64,000 nt of DNA from a virus: the IMG/VR virus record IMGVR_UViG_3300031857_000111, positions 7,522 to 71,521 of that record; one strand, 5' to 3'. How positions within the stretch are numbered: position 1 is the stretch's first letter; the number at the start of each line of letters is the position of its first letter. Positions 53,809 through 63,051 of the stretch are shown here, in pieces. A program made the translations under genes and the position numbers. The notes beneath the pieces were generated by a model. That model searched no databases, was not told where the DNA came from, and saw only the letters and a program-made list of their open reading frames with translations.

Positions 53809-54009
53809 ATGGCACGGTATCGAGTGAAACATGCGGGGCCGTTTGTGTATGTAGTGGAGAGAGCAAGGGTCATAGAGAGGGCTTTTGGCCCCGTCACACA
53901 TTGGGAGGATATTTTTACCGCCGCTTCTCAAGAAGCCGCTGTAAACTATGCTAATATGTTGATAGCTGCGGAAAACTTTAAGCCCAGCATTGTTTGGGAG
54001 TCTGAGTGA
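53809..54009 (+). CDS. Hypothetical protein
   Basis: Tightly packed ORF. Confidence 0.55.
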   Translation: MARYRVKHAGPFVYVVERARVIERAFGPVTHWEDIFTAASQEAAVNYANMLIAAENFKPSIVWESE

Positions 54010-54010
54010 T

Positions 54011-54478
54011 ATGGCACTTAACATCACCTTTTCCTATTGGAACCACGACCCGCAGAAGTGGTTGCCGTTTGTCCGCAACCATATCGAGCCAGAAGCGGTT
54101 TACGTTGCTGACCTCGCCCTTCAGGCCAAGGACGGTCTGTGGTCAAACCCCTACAGCGTCTTCTACACTCCCTCGCCACGAAACGGCATTCATCAAAACC
54201 GCTACTTCGGGCTGCGTTTTAACCCACACCAGAACGAATATACTATCGCCAACGCCGATACCGTCGCCTACGACACCCGTTGGATGGCCATTCAAGTCAT
54301 GGAAACGGGAGAGATTATCTTCTCTCAGTGGCGACGTGACTTTAAGCAGGCAAAGACAGCGGACGTGTTTGTTGATGGTGGGCAAGATTACTTCAGGCGC
54401 GGTGGTAATTTTGATGGGTGCCAGCCGGTGTGCTTGAAGATTGTTGATGGGGTGTTTGAAATTGACACAGAAAGTTGA
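54011..54478 (+). CDS. Conserved phage hypothetical protein
   Basis: IIFSQWRRDF...VFVDGGQDYFRRGG. Confidence 0.6.
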   Translation: MALNITFSYWNHDPQKWLPFVRNHIEPEAVYVADLALQAKDGLWSNPYSVFYTPSPRNGIHQNRYFGLRFNPHQNEYTIANADTVAYDTRWMAIQVMETGEIIFSQWRRDFKQAKTADVFVDGGQDYFRRGGNFDGCQPVCLKIVDGVFEIDTES

Positions 54479-54529
54479 TTTCGTGCGCAGCGCGCTAGAA
54501 GCTGGTGTGCCTGTTGAGAATGTTCTTCT

Positions 54530-54844
54530 TTGGGGCGCCGTCAAATACGGATGGGCCGCAATGCAGATCGACGGTGGATATTGGTTAGTTTTCAAACGGA
54601 AGGAGAATGGTTGATGGCTGATCGAGAAGTTTGCGACGGCTGCGGGCGTAGTTTTCTCTATATGTCTTTTAATCGAGACACGGCTGCTGCCAGTTATTGC
54701 CCGCTCTGCATTGACAAGGAGCGGCATTTTGAGGATCGCATATCTGGCCGCAAGTGGAAAGCTGAAGCCCTCGCACCGATTGAAAAGCAAAATAACAAAT
54801 CGTTTTCTGCTGAAGAATGGCTGGGGTTTGGCCATGAGCACTAA
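54530..54844 (+). CDS. Hypothetical zinc-ribbon protein (start probably near 54614)
   Basis: CDGC...CPLC. Confidence 0.45.
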   Translation: MGRRQIRMGRNADRRWILVSFQTEGEWLMADREVCDGCGRSFLYMSFNRDTAAASYCPLCIDKERHFEDRISGRKWKAEALAPIEKQNNKSFSAEEWLGFGHEH

Positions 54845-55112
54845 GCAGCTTCGCAAAATGATTAAGAGAATGGGCGCTTATGGTGCTGAAGCCGAAAAAG
54901 AACTTGAAGATTTGCTCAAAAAGTGCGAAGAAGCGGACTATAGCCACGGCATACTGTTAGAGGCTATGAAATATGCTATTGGTCCGGTTAATCGGCGCGG
55001 AGACGACGTAGTTACTTGGCTGAAAGACTGGATGGAGGGGGATGAAGACACAATGCGCGAACTTTGCGATTGGATGCAAAGCGACATTTTTAAGGGAGGA
55101 AAGATTGTATGA
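54711..55112 (+). CDS. Hypothetical protein (start probably near 54834)
   Basis: In-operon ORF. Confidence 0.45.
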   Translation: MTRSGILRIAYLAASGKLKPSHRLKSKITNRFLLKNGWGLAMSTKQLRKMIKRMGAYGAEAEKELEDLLKKCEEADYSHGILLEAMKYAIGPVNRRGDDVVTWLKDWMEGDEDTMRELCDWMQSDIFKGGKIV

Positions 55113-55516
55113 GCAATTCTTGGCCTAATCCTGAGAAGCCTGGGGTGCCACTTAATCCTGAGAAAAATGGATGGCATTGGCTAAAAGAGAGCGGCGACGA
55201 TCCTGCGCCGTATTACTGGTGCCCCGGCTTTAATAACTGGCACCTTCGCGGCGGCGACGATTATGGTGGTGGTTGGCAGACTCCAGAGTTTACGTCAGGG
55301 TATTATTCTTACGTCGGCCCTTGCCTAACGCCCGCCAAAATTGATGCCCTTGTAGAACTCTCTATTAAAGTAGGCAAACAGAACGCCTACGAACGCGCCG
55401 CCGCGATTGCTAGGGGTGCGCCGAATAACATGCCTTTTGAAATAGAAAGGCTTGTTTCAGCTTGCGAGTGGGTTGCTAAAGAGATTAAGAAGGAGATTAT
55501 GAACAATGACCGATAA
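55109..55516 (+). CDS. Paralogue 1 of the WPxPExPGVPLNPEKxGWHW family
   Basis: Shared N-terminus, YVGPCLTPA, ends KEIMNNDR. Confidence 0.7.
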   Translation: MSNSWPNPEKPGVPLNPEKNGWHWLKESGDDPAPYYWCPGFNNWHLRGGDDYGGGWQTPEFTSGYYSYVGPCLTPAKIDALVELSIKVGKQNAYERAAAIARGAPNNMPFEIERLVSACEWVAKEIKKEIMNNDR

Positions 55517-55905
55517 CTCTTGGCCTGACCCCGAACTTCCCGGCGTCCCGCTTAATCCCGAGAAGGATGGGTGGCATTGGGTTGGTGGCGAACCTATTTT
55601 TTGGCAGTCAGACGGCGAACAGTGGCTCGTATACGATTGTTATTTTCAATGGAAAGAATGTGGGCATAAGGAGTATCTTGGCCCATGCCTAACGCCAGCC
55701 GAAGTTTTTGAGTTTGCTTCTAGCGTCGCTATGCGTGAGCGTGAGCGGTGTGCCCAAATTGCTTCGATTTTTGGGCAGGGTAAGGCTGGAATTGAAGCAT
55801 CTAAGATTATTGAAAAGGAGATTATGAACAATGACCGATAACTCTTGGCCCGACCCCGAACGCCCCGGCGTCCCACTTAATCCCGAGAAGGATGGGTGGC
55901 ATTGG
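55490..55905 (+). repeat. 91-bp direct repeat pair (55490-55580, 55815-55905; 4 mismatches)
   Basis: AAGGAGATTATGAACAATGACCGATAACTCTTGGCC...GATGGGTGGCATTGG; diverged third copy near 55118-55180. Confidence 0.92.
55506..55841 (+). CDS. Paralogue 2 of the same family
   Basis: Shared N-terminus, YLGPCLTPA, ends KEIMNNDR. Confidence 0.7.
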   Translation: MTDNSWPDPELPGVPLNPEKDGWHWVGGEPIFWQSDGEQWLVYDCYFQWKECGHKEYLGPCLTPAEVFEFASSVAMRERERCAQIASIFGQGKAGIEASKIIEKEIMNNDR

Positions 55906-56169
55906 CTGCGCAAGAATAACGGAACTATTGGTGTATGCGAGTGGCGTGGCAATGGCTGGTGGGTTTCGCCTCCTGGCTTTGAGGGTTGTACTTCACCAAA
56001 AACAACCGACCCCGTGCGCTCGGCGCTCGACACCCTATGGGCAGACCTGCCCTACCTGATGGGGCGCGCGTCCCTGGAAGGCCACGCAGTCGGGCAGGCG
56101 CTCGCACAGGAATGGCGGGCGAAGATCGACGCCGCCATCAAGGAGGCGGCTGATGGCAAGCAAGTCTGA
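55831..56169 (+). CDS. Paralogue 3 (chimeric C-terminus)
   Basis: Shared N-terminus, then an unrelated GC-rich segment. Confidence 0.65.
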   Translation: MTDNSWPDPERPGVPLNPEKDGWHWLRKNNGTIGVCEWRGNGWWVSPPGFEGCTSPKTTDPVRSALDTLWADLPYLMGRASLEGHAVGQALAQEWRAKIDAAIKEAADGKQV

Positions 56170-56437
56170 AACCACGGCAAATTGGAACTCGTATGTCGGG
56201 CCGTGCCCGTCGCCTGTCGAACTGCAAAACCTAAAGGCGCTGGCGATTGAGGCTGCCGAAGATATTGAAGCCCACATTGGCGCCGAATATGGCACTCCGA
56301 CCCACCCCGCTCTTAAACGTCGCTACGAGCGTGATATGGACATTGTTTATCGCTTGCGCGCGGCGGCTGGGTGGAGTAGGGAGAAGCGCGCTGCGGCTTT
56401 GGGCGATTTGGCAAAACAAGATGGAGAATTGCTGTGA
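56153..56437 (+). CDS. Hypothetical protein carrying the YVGPCxSP motif of the paralogue family
   Basis: AGGAGG SD; NWNSYVGPCPSP. Confidence 0.6.
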   Translation: MASKSETTANWNSYVGPCPSPVELQNLKALAIEAAEDIEAHIGAEYGTPTHPALKRRYERDMDIVYRLRAAAGWSREKRAAALGDLAKQDGELL

Positions 56438-56590
56438 CTGAAAAACTAATCCCACTTGACGACGTTCTAGCGATTTTGGATTCGCTTGCTGGTGCGCCGG
56501 ATGGTTACTACTATGCAAAACGTATCGAGCAAATTATGGGTTGGGAAGCGGCGATCCGACGCGCTCGTGGGAAGGTGGAGGAATTGGTAG

Positions 56591-56917
56591 ATGGGTGACA
56601 ATTCTATACAGCCTGATTGGTGGGGGAACGGCATTCCCATGCAGCAAGCCCCAAAGAGCGTGCCAATTTTGGCTTACTGCGAACATCTGGCAGACCCTTA
56701 CGTTGATCCGCACGATGATCGTCGCCTTACGGTTTACGGCGCTCATTGCGAAGACTTAGCCCGTGCGAAAGATGGTTTCCATATCGTTGAGTGGGGTGGT
56801 TCTTATGTGGATGAGGATTGCTCTATTCCCGATTGGTGGTTTGTAGCGGGTTCTGATTTTGAAACCGTGGCTAACCCGATTATGTGGTGGCCTTTGCCTG
56901 AAAGGAATGTGACATGA
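56591..56917 (+). CDS. Hypothetical protein (DUF551-like)
   Basis: PMQQAPK..PIL...NPIMWWPLPE. Confidence 0.55.
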   Translation: MGDNSIQPDWWGNGIPMQQAPKSVPILAYCEHLADPYVDPHDDRRLTVYGAHCEDLARAKDGFHIVEWGGSYVDEDCSIPDWWFVAGSDFETVANPIMWWPLPERNVT

Positions 56918-57174
56918 GCGACATGCGACAATACCCGATCATCTGGCACGCCGAGAGGCAGCCGCCTGAAGACGAGCGGGAGCGGCTTGAGAAAGTAATT
57001 TATGAAGAACTTGGGGAGAGAACGCCGATCAATCTTGTTTTTCATCTTCATATACCAGACGACATAACCATGCCTTTTGTAATTATATGCGGTGGGAAAG
57101 ACGATAACGCGTTCCACTGTAAGTATATCCACGATCCCTATAACTATTGCGACGCAACAGAAAAGGGGTGGTGA
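56914..57174 (+). CDS. Hypothetical protein
   Basis: ATGA coupling. Confidence 0.5.
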   Translation: MSDMRQYPIIWHAERQPPEDERERLEKVIYEELGERTPINLVFHLHIPDDITMPFVIICGGKDDNAFHCKYIHDPYNYCDATEKGW

Positions 57175-57473
57175 AGATGCGTAAAAGACACCCAACAGAG
57201 CCGGGGCGTCATATAATCGACCCCCCAGCCTCGCGCAACATGAGTCTGAAAGAACGGGCATTTCAGATGTGGGCTGTTCACCCGAAAGACCTAGATGAAA
57301 TGGGTTTGACGCGGGAACAGTTTTTTCTGGCCCATCTTAAGCAGGTCCGTAACCAAGCCATTTACATTGCAGAACACGCCTGCCTTGTAGAGCCTGATGG
57401 TGGAGAGCCTGACGAAAAAGAGACTGAGGTTTGCGAGCGCGTGGCTGCGCGCATACGGGAGCATATCCGGTAG
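57147..57473 (+). CDS. Hypothetical protein
   Basis: In-operon ORF. Confidence 0.5.
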   Translation: MRRNRKGVVKMRKRHPTEPGRHIIDPPASRNMSLKERAFQMWAVHPKDLDEMGLTREQFFLAHLKQVRNQAIYIAEHACLVEPDGGEPDEKETEVCERVAARIREHIR

Positions 57474-57909
57474 GGCTTATCTGCCGCCTCGATCTAAACC
57501 CAAACCCAATAAGGAGAACAACGTGGCCTTGATTACCGAATTTAAGAACGGCTCTCTGACGTATCGCCGGTACGCTTTTGATAGTTATGAAGAACTGGCA
57601 GATTCCGGCTTAGGCGCCGAAGATGAGATAGACTGGATGCTCGGGAGCGAAGGATCAGAAGAAATATGTCTTTTTAGCAACAGATGCTATCCGAAGAAAG
57701 ACAATTACGATATTGACGTTTTTACGGAAGTACGTCGATTTTGGAAACCTGAAGTCAAAGGCGGTAAATGGTTTGCAGAAATTATCGAAATACATAGGTC
57801 TTGGGATTCCAGTGGCAACGATGTTTTTACGGACGAACAAAGTCGTAAAATGTATAGGCGTGTCTTATCGTGTTCCCCAGTTGCGGAAGACGATTTTGAT
57901 ATCCCCTAA
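57397..57909 (+). CDS. Hypothetical protein (start probably the GTG near 57523)
   Basis: TAAGGAG SD before GTG. Confidence 0.5.
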   Translation: MVESLTKKRLRFASAWLRAYGSISGRAYLPPRSKPKPNKENNVALITEFKNGSLTYRRYAFDSYEELADSGLGAEDEIDWMLGSEGSEEICLFSNRCYPKKDNYDIDVFTEVRRFWKPEVKGGKWFAEIIEIHRSWDSSGNDVFTDEQSRKMYRRVLSCSPVAEDDFDIP

Positions 57910-57994
57910 GCAATTCTCAACCCTTTGACACTTGCCATAGGGCGTGGTAGAGGATGCTCTATCACGCCCTAAACTTGTTCACAAAAGGACGATT

Positions 57995-60900
57995 ATGACC
58001 TCCAATATCACGATTTTGTCCGTAGAGTCCCCACCGCAGCGCAAAACCTTCTTTCTCGATGCCAACGGCGTTCTTAAGAAGCGTAAGCCAGATTTCCCTC
58101 TATATTCAACAAAGCGAGAACGTGAAGTGTCTTGCCTTGGGGGTCTTTTTAACATCATCAAGACTGAAGCAGAGAGCGGTTGCGCAGTCATCCTGCGCGG
58201 CCAATACCTTCCTGACGCTGAAATCGACGCCCTAGAGGCAAATCGGCGTAAGAAAGTGGCCGAATTGGGCGAAAAGACCCCCGATTCTATTAAGAAAGCG
58301 TTTGTTGAGAAGCGTCTTGACAATAATCGCTACTACCTGCGCCGCAACTCACTTATCGTGGATGCGCCTTGCCCCTGGGTTTGCTTTGACTTCGATGATT
58401 TCAGGCCGGCAGGCGTTACGGAGGCGCGTTTTGATGTGGCGAACCCGCGTTCTTGGGTGGACGCGGCTATTGAACAAGAACTTGGACCTGATTTTGTTGG
58501 TGTTGACTACATTTTGCAACTTTCTTCGTCCGCTGGTCTGCCTAAGTCGAAGGATATTCGCTGCCATGTTTGGTTTTGGCTTGATCGTGGATTGGACGGG
58601 TTTGATTGGAAGGCGTGGTATGCTGCGCGGACGGAAGTTCTTGGGCGTCCCCCCAAGATCGACAAAGGCATGTTTCAGGCATCTCGCGTTCACTACATCG
58701 CACCACCTTTGTTCACTAGAGGCGCGTTTGATCCGGTTTTGGACTGTTTTGCCGAACGCATCACCTATTGTGAAGGCATCTTCTCTGACCGTGTGACTTT
58801 TAGCGATTGGTCTGGCATTGTTACCACGGCCGAAGAGGCCCGCGCCAAGGCTGCCTCGCGTAAGGTAGATGTGCTTGATGGCGACGACGCGGAGGCTGCC
58901 CGTGAGGCTTGGGAGCGCCCTGGCGTTGTCGGTGCCTTCAACCGTGCCTACCCCATGAGCGCGGTCATCAATACCTTCTTGTCACCATACTATAAGATTG
59001 ACTCTGAAGATGGCCGGGTGACGTGGTTGCGCTCGCCTTCAGGGTCAGTTGGGTCTTGCCGGATTGTGGCTGGCAACACCCGCATGTTCAACACGTCATC
59101 CTCTGACCCGCTTGAGGGGTATGTTGGCTCTGCCTTCGACCACATCGAGGCGTTGCTGTTTGATGGTGACTACCACGAGGCTGCACGGTGGGCACTTGAA
59201 CAGCCGGGCGTGCAAGAGGAAATGGATAAGGCGCTCAACTCAGAATTTGATGAGTGGGTCGAACCGCCGAAAGTTGCAGAAATCGAATTGCCGGTCGAGG
59301 GTGACGAAGCGGTTGTTAAGAAAGTCACGACCGCCGAAGACGTTGCGGCCGAATATCCGATGCCTAGCCGCATCAATGGTAAGGAAGTTGGCTACAAGTC
59401 AGAAGATGGGGATTGGTGGTTCGGGCTGTATGAAGATGACGAAGACGATGAAGATGAAGGTGGGGTAGGAAAGAAAGGTAAGAAGAAAAAGAAGGGGGGT
59501 GGTAAGAAAGGCGGCTTCCGGCGCCTGTGGTCGCCCATCACGGTCATTGGGTATATGTGTGATAACCGTTCCGATGACTTGACTGTTGAGATCAAGGTGA
59601 TGGGGCCTAACGGCCAGCCGCAACACCTTTCGTGGCAGCGCGGGATGCTTTCCCGACGCAAGGAAGTAGAACAACAACTTCTTAACAAGGGTTGGCGCGC
59701 AAAACCGCGTGAAATGGCACATTTTCTCGACTACCTCCAAGATGACGGTGGTGAGCCGATCCGCACGGTTGGTCGCGGGTGGGAAACCGTGCCTGGGGGG
59801 CGCGTGTTTACCGCACCTACGGGTGAAGTCTTGGGCGCTCCTGAAGGCGCCGCTATTCGCCTCAAGCCTGGGTTGGGTATGCGCCCGGAAGTAGTTACGA
59901 AGGGCACTCTTGAAGGGTGGAAAGAGGCGCTAGAAACCCATCTTGCGGGAGAGATGGTGTCCTTGTGGGCTTTGGGTGTAGCGGCTGGATTCTGTGGCCC
60001 GCTCGTTCAAGTCTCGGATTTTGCCACGCCGGCTTTGTGGATTTCAGGCGCATCGCGCTCAGGTAAGTCGCTTTCTCTGAGGTTGGCAGTAAGTGCATGG
60101 GCCAATCCTTTCACAGATACGGACGACAAAAGCCGGTTTAAGGACCAAGAATGCCTTTTCAGGACCATGAATGCCACTTCCAATTCGCTTGAGATTGTGT
60201 CGGCCCTGGCCAACGGGACGGTGCTCGCGCTTGACGAATCAGGAAGTAAGTCTGAGAAGGAACAAAAAGACCTCGCTACGTTCATTTACAATCTGGTGAG
60301 TGGTAAGGGCAAAGAGCGCATGACCCAGGACGCATCGGCGCTTCGCGCGTCCTTTACTTGGGAAGCCTTTGCCATCTGCACGGCAGAGCACAGCCCCCAA
60401 CACATCGTCCGGGCAGCCAAAGGAGCCCCGCTGCCTCAAGGCACGCTCAGCCGTATGCTTCCCATCCATATTCCAGAACTCAAAAATGAGTCTGAGACTG
60501 CGGCACGGGGGAGGGCGTTCCACGACGCTTTGAAAGAACATCACGGTCTTGCTGGCGTGGCCTTCGTGCGATCTTTGGTGGAGAAGGGGTACACCAAGAA
60601 GCATCTCCTTGACCGCCACCACGCGGTTCGCAAGGAACTGCTTTCGCTTGTCCCTCGCGAAACCGCTGTCATCAGCACCGCAGTAGGCACATTCGCCTTG
60701 CTGCGTCTCGCGGGTGATCTTGCGCGTGAGTTTGATATTATTGGCCCTGTCGCGCACGCCGCCATCGTAGACGGCGTGGCCGAGCGATGGCATATCTTCA
60801 ACCAAGGGGAGGCGGGTAAGACGCTTGGCGAAGATGCCATCGAACGCATTGATGAGTGGGTTGCCGCGCACTGGGCCAATTTCGTTAAGCGAGGCGAAGA

Positions 60901-61183
60901 GGAACGTGTAGGTTATGCCGGTGCTCAAGGGTGGGCTGAAAAGCAAGAAGGGGATACTTGGGTGGTGTATCTCTCGGCCGAAAAATTGGTAGAAGCGTCG
61001 GGCGGGGCGCACGAAGCTAAGCGGTTGGGTAACATGCTACGCGCGGCAGGGCGCATCGCCAAGAAGGACAATGGGCGCGCGGGGTGTAAAGTGGGTTGGG
61101 CGGCGGGTCGCCCGAGAGCATATGCCATCACCATCGAAGCCCCGGACGAGGGCAGTTCGACGGAGGTGGCGGACATTTTTTAG
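57995..61183 (+). CDS. Primase-helicase: N-terminal primase-like domain, DUF927 and P-loop helicase
   Basis: CFDFDD and CHVWFWLD (primase-like), GVVGAFNRAY, GTLEGWK, GASRSGKS, LALDES, SGKGKERM. Confidence 0.8.
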   Translation: MTSNITILSVESPPQRKTFFLDANGVLKKRKPDFPLYSTKREREVSCLGGLFNIIKTEAESGCAVILRGQYLPDAEIDALEANRRKKVAELGEKTPDSIKKAFVEKRLDNNRYYLRRNSLIVDAPCPWVCFDFDDFRPAGVTEARFDVANPRSWVDAAIEQELGPDFVGVDYILQLSSSAGLPKSKDIRCHVWFWLDRGLDGFDWKAWYAARTEVLGRPPKIDKGMFQASRVHYIAPPLFTRGAFDPVLDCFAERITYCEGIFSDRVTFSDWSGIVTTAEEARAKAASRKVDVLDGDDAEAAREAWERPGVVGAFNRAYPMSAVINTFLSPYYKIDSEDGRVTWLRSPSGSVGSCRIVAGNTRMFNTSSSDPLEGYVGSAFDHIEALLFDGDYHEAARWALEQPGVQEEMDKALNSEFDEWVEPPKVAEIELPVEGDEAVVKKVTTAEDVAAEYPMPSRINGKEVGYKSEDGDWWFGLYEDDEDDEDEGGVGKKGKKKKKGGGKKGGFRRLWSPITVIGYMCDNRSDDLTVEIKVMGPNGQPQHLSWQRGMLSRRKEVEQQLLNKGWRAKPREMAHFLDYLQDDGGEPIRTVGRGWETVPGGRVFTAPTGEVLGAPEGAAIRLKPGLGMRPEVVTKGTLEGWKEALETHLAGEMVSLWALGVAAGFCGPLVQVSDFATPALWISGASRSGKSLSLRLAVSAWANPFTDTDDKSRFKDQECLFRTMNATSNSLEIVSALANGTVLALDESGSKSEKEQKDLATFIYNLVSGKGKERMTQDASALRASFTWEAFAICTAEHSPQHIVRAAKGAPLPQGTLSRMLPIHIPELKNESETAARGRAFHDALKEHHGLAGVAFVRSLVEKGYTKKHLLDRHHAVRKELLSLVPRETAVISTAVGTFALLRLAGDLAREFDIIGPVAHAAIVDGVAERWHIFNQGEAGKTLGEDAIERIDEWVAAHWANFVKRGEEERVGYAGAQGWAEKQEGDTWVVYLSAEKLVEASGGAHEAKRLGNMLRAAGRIAKKDNGRAGCKVGWAAGRPRAYAITIEAPDEGSSTEVADIF

Positions 61184-61208
61184 GCTATAAAAGGGTGAAA
61201 AGGCTTTT

Positions 61209-61240
61209 AGCGGCGAAGGTAAATCCTTCGCCGCTTTTTT
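61209..61240 (+). terminator. Terminator after the primase gene
   Basis: AGCGGCGAAGG-taaat-CCTTCGCCGCT followed by TTTTT. Confidence 0.85.
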
Positions 61241-61299
61241 ATTGCCATTTTGGTTGGGTTATGGCGCTTAAAAGTGCGAATTGTTAATTCGTTTGCTGA

Positions 61300-61800
61300 T
61301 TTTTAAGCGTAATTTTGTTGCGTGAAAAAATGCAAAAACGATTTAATATTTTACCGGCGGCAAACACGTTGGGTTTGTGTAACGGCCGGTTTAGGAGAGC
61401 AAAGAATATTTTAATTTACCAGGGCCTTTGTTTACGCAATAAAATTACGCGAGTTACGTTTTTAGGTAGTTTCTTGCCCCACTGGACCCGTTCCCGCCCC
61501 GCAACGGTGCCCCACAAAAACGGCGGTTTTCCGCCATTTGCCCCACTGTCCCCACTGTCCCCACAGTTTTAAGCACACCCACTATATCTATGTGATTTAG
61601 ACGCACCTACAAATACCCGCGCCATAGAGTGATACCGCCCCCACCCTCTATCTATCTATCTATAGCTATAGATAGATAGATTCAGTGGGGCAGTGGGGCA
61701 AATGGCGGTTTTCCGCCACTTTTTTGTGCCCCACTGAATTTTGGCAGTGGGGCAGTGTGGGGCAGATGGCGGAAAACCGCCATTTTTTGTGGGGCAGAAG
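61300..61800. repeat. Putative replication origin: AT-rich tract, about 11 CCCCAC iterons, nested inverted repeats, 32-bp palindrome
   Basis: IR 61307-61326/61431-61450; IR ~61508-61556/61745-61796; perfect palindrome 61650-61681; longest non-coding gap, directly after the primase gene. Confidence 0.75.
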
Positions 61801-61850
61801 GTTTTGCGTCTTTGAAGGGCTTGAAAACGGCCTCTTAACCCATCTACTCC

Positions 61851-62495
61851 ATGCGGATGAAGTCCATCCTAATTCTGGATACCGAGACTACGGGGTTGGT
61901 TGATCGCAACCTCGCCCCCGAGCACCCCGCACAACCCGATGTGGTGCAGTTCGCGGCCATGCTCTGCACGTCCAGTGGGGAGGGCGGCTACCACGTCCGT
62001 CAGGCGGTGTCGGTCATCACCCAGCCGCCGCTCAAGCCGGTCCACCCCAAGGCCCGTGCGGTGCATGGTATTGGTCCTGACGAGATCGCCCGCTTCGGGG
62101 TTCCGTATGCAGACATGCTAGGGGTGTTCGGGGGCATGGTGGATCGGTGCGACGTTATCGTTGCTTTCAACCTGAGTTTCGACGCCTTGGTGCTGCGGAC
62201 AGCGTGGCACCGGGGTGGCTTGGGTGACCTCCGGGACCGTCTGCTAGGCAAGCGAGCCTTCTGCGCTATGAAGGCGTCCACGCCCCTCTGTAGGCTGCTA
62301 GGCCCCCGTGCGCGCCACGCTACCGATTGGAAGTGGCCCACGCTTGGGGAGGCGACCGAGTTCTTCTTCGGGGAGAATTTGGTAGGTGCGCATGACGCGC
62401 TTGTGGACGTGGCAGCGTGTGCGCGTATCTACTTTGAACTTGAGCGCCGAAAGGCGTTGACACCCGGCGCGAGTGGCGCTACAGAGGGGGCATAA
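61851..62495 (+). CDS. DEDDh 3'-5' exonuclease (DnaQ-like)
   Basis: LDTETTGL, VHGI, AFNLSFD, CAMK, KWPTL.E, AHDALVDV. Confidence 0.9.
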   Translation: MRMKSILILDTETTGLVDRNLAPEHPAQPDVVQFAAMLCTSSGEGGYHVRQAVSVITQPPLKPVHPKARAVHGIGPDEIARFGVPYADMLGVFGGMVDRCDVIVAFNLSFDALVLRTAWHRGGLGDLRDRLLGKRAFCAMKASTPLCRLLGPRARHATDWKWPTLGEATEFFFGENLVGAHDALVDVAACARIYFELERRKALTPGASGATEGA

Positions 62496-62512
62496 ATACT
62501 CCTCACCAACTG

Positions 62513-62553
62513 ACCCCTACGCTGACCCTCGCGGCGTAGGGGTTTTCTTTTTT
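62513..62553 (+). terminator. Terminator
   Basis: ACCCCTACGC...GCGTAGGGGT followed by a T-run. Confidence 0.8.
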
Positions 62554-62557
62554 AGGC

Positions 62558-62977
62558 TTGACAAGAAGTAATCCAGCCTTTAATCCCATACTCGACTTCA
62601 ACCTTATCCATCAGGAAATTTTTATGAGCACGACTATCCACAATAACGACTTCGTTCCTCCCCTCACTGTTGCTGAAGCGCGTGACCGTCTAGCCGAGAT
62701 CAATACGGCGATTGACAGCATCGCGGACCAAATCAAGATTCGTGAGTTGGAAAACGCCCTAGACCCCGAGTGGCTGAAGCGCGCTACCTACAGCCGCAAG
62801 TTCAAGGTGCTTGAGGCCCGCAAGCTGGATAACTGGATTGCGAATATCGAAGACGACCGCAAGGGCTACAGGACGCTCAACGATGCCATCATTGACGTGA
62901 TCCGCGATGAGTTCACCCCCGAGGAATGGGACGGGATTGTGGAAGAGGCGCGTGCGGCTGTGGGCGGTGTCACATAG
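62558..62977 (+). CDS. Hypothetical coiled-coil protein (start probably the ATG near 62624)
   Basis: DPEWLKRA..RK; flanked by a TTGACA and a terminator. Confidence 0.6.
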   Translation: MTRSNPAFNPILDFNLIHQEIFMSTTIHNNDFVPPLTVAEARDRLAEINTAIDSIADQIKIRELENALDPEWLKRATYSRKFKVLEARKLDNWIANIEDDRKGYRTLNDAIIDVIRDEFTPEEWDGIVEEARAAVGGVT

Positions 62978-63003
62978 CCGCGCCAAACACGTCAGGAACA
63001 CAT

Positions 63004-63031
63004 AGCCAAGGCATTGCGCCTTGGCTTTTTT
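63004..63031 (+). terminator. Terminator
   Basis: AGCCAAGGC-attgc-GCCTTGGCT followed by TTTTT. Confidence 0.8.
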
Positions 63032-63051
63032 GCTTTTTAGGGGATTGAGTT

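Noticed and set aside
55490-55905. CRISPR array or DGR template/variable repeat
   Set aside because: The repeats are 91 bp, coding and 325 bp apart. The mismatches are not adenine-specific, and no cas operon or reverse transcriptase is present.
61315-61903. Short ORFs in the repeat region
   Set aside because: They are translations of the iterons, with no SD or coding features.
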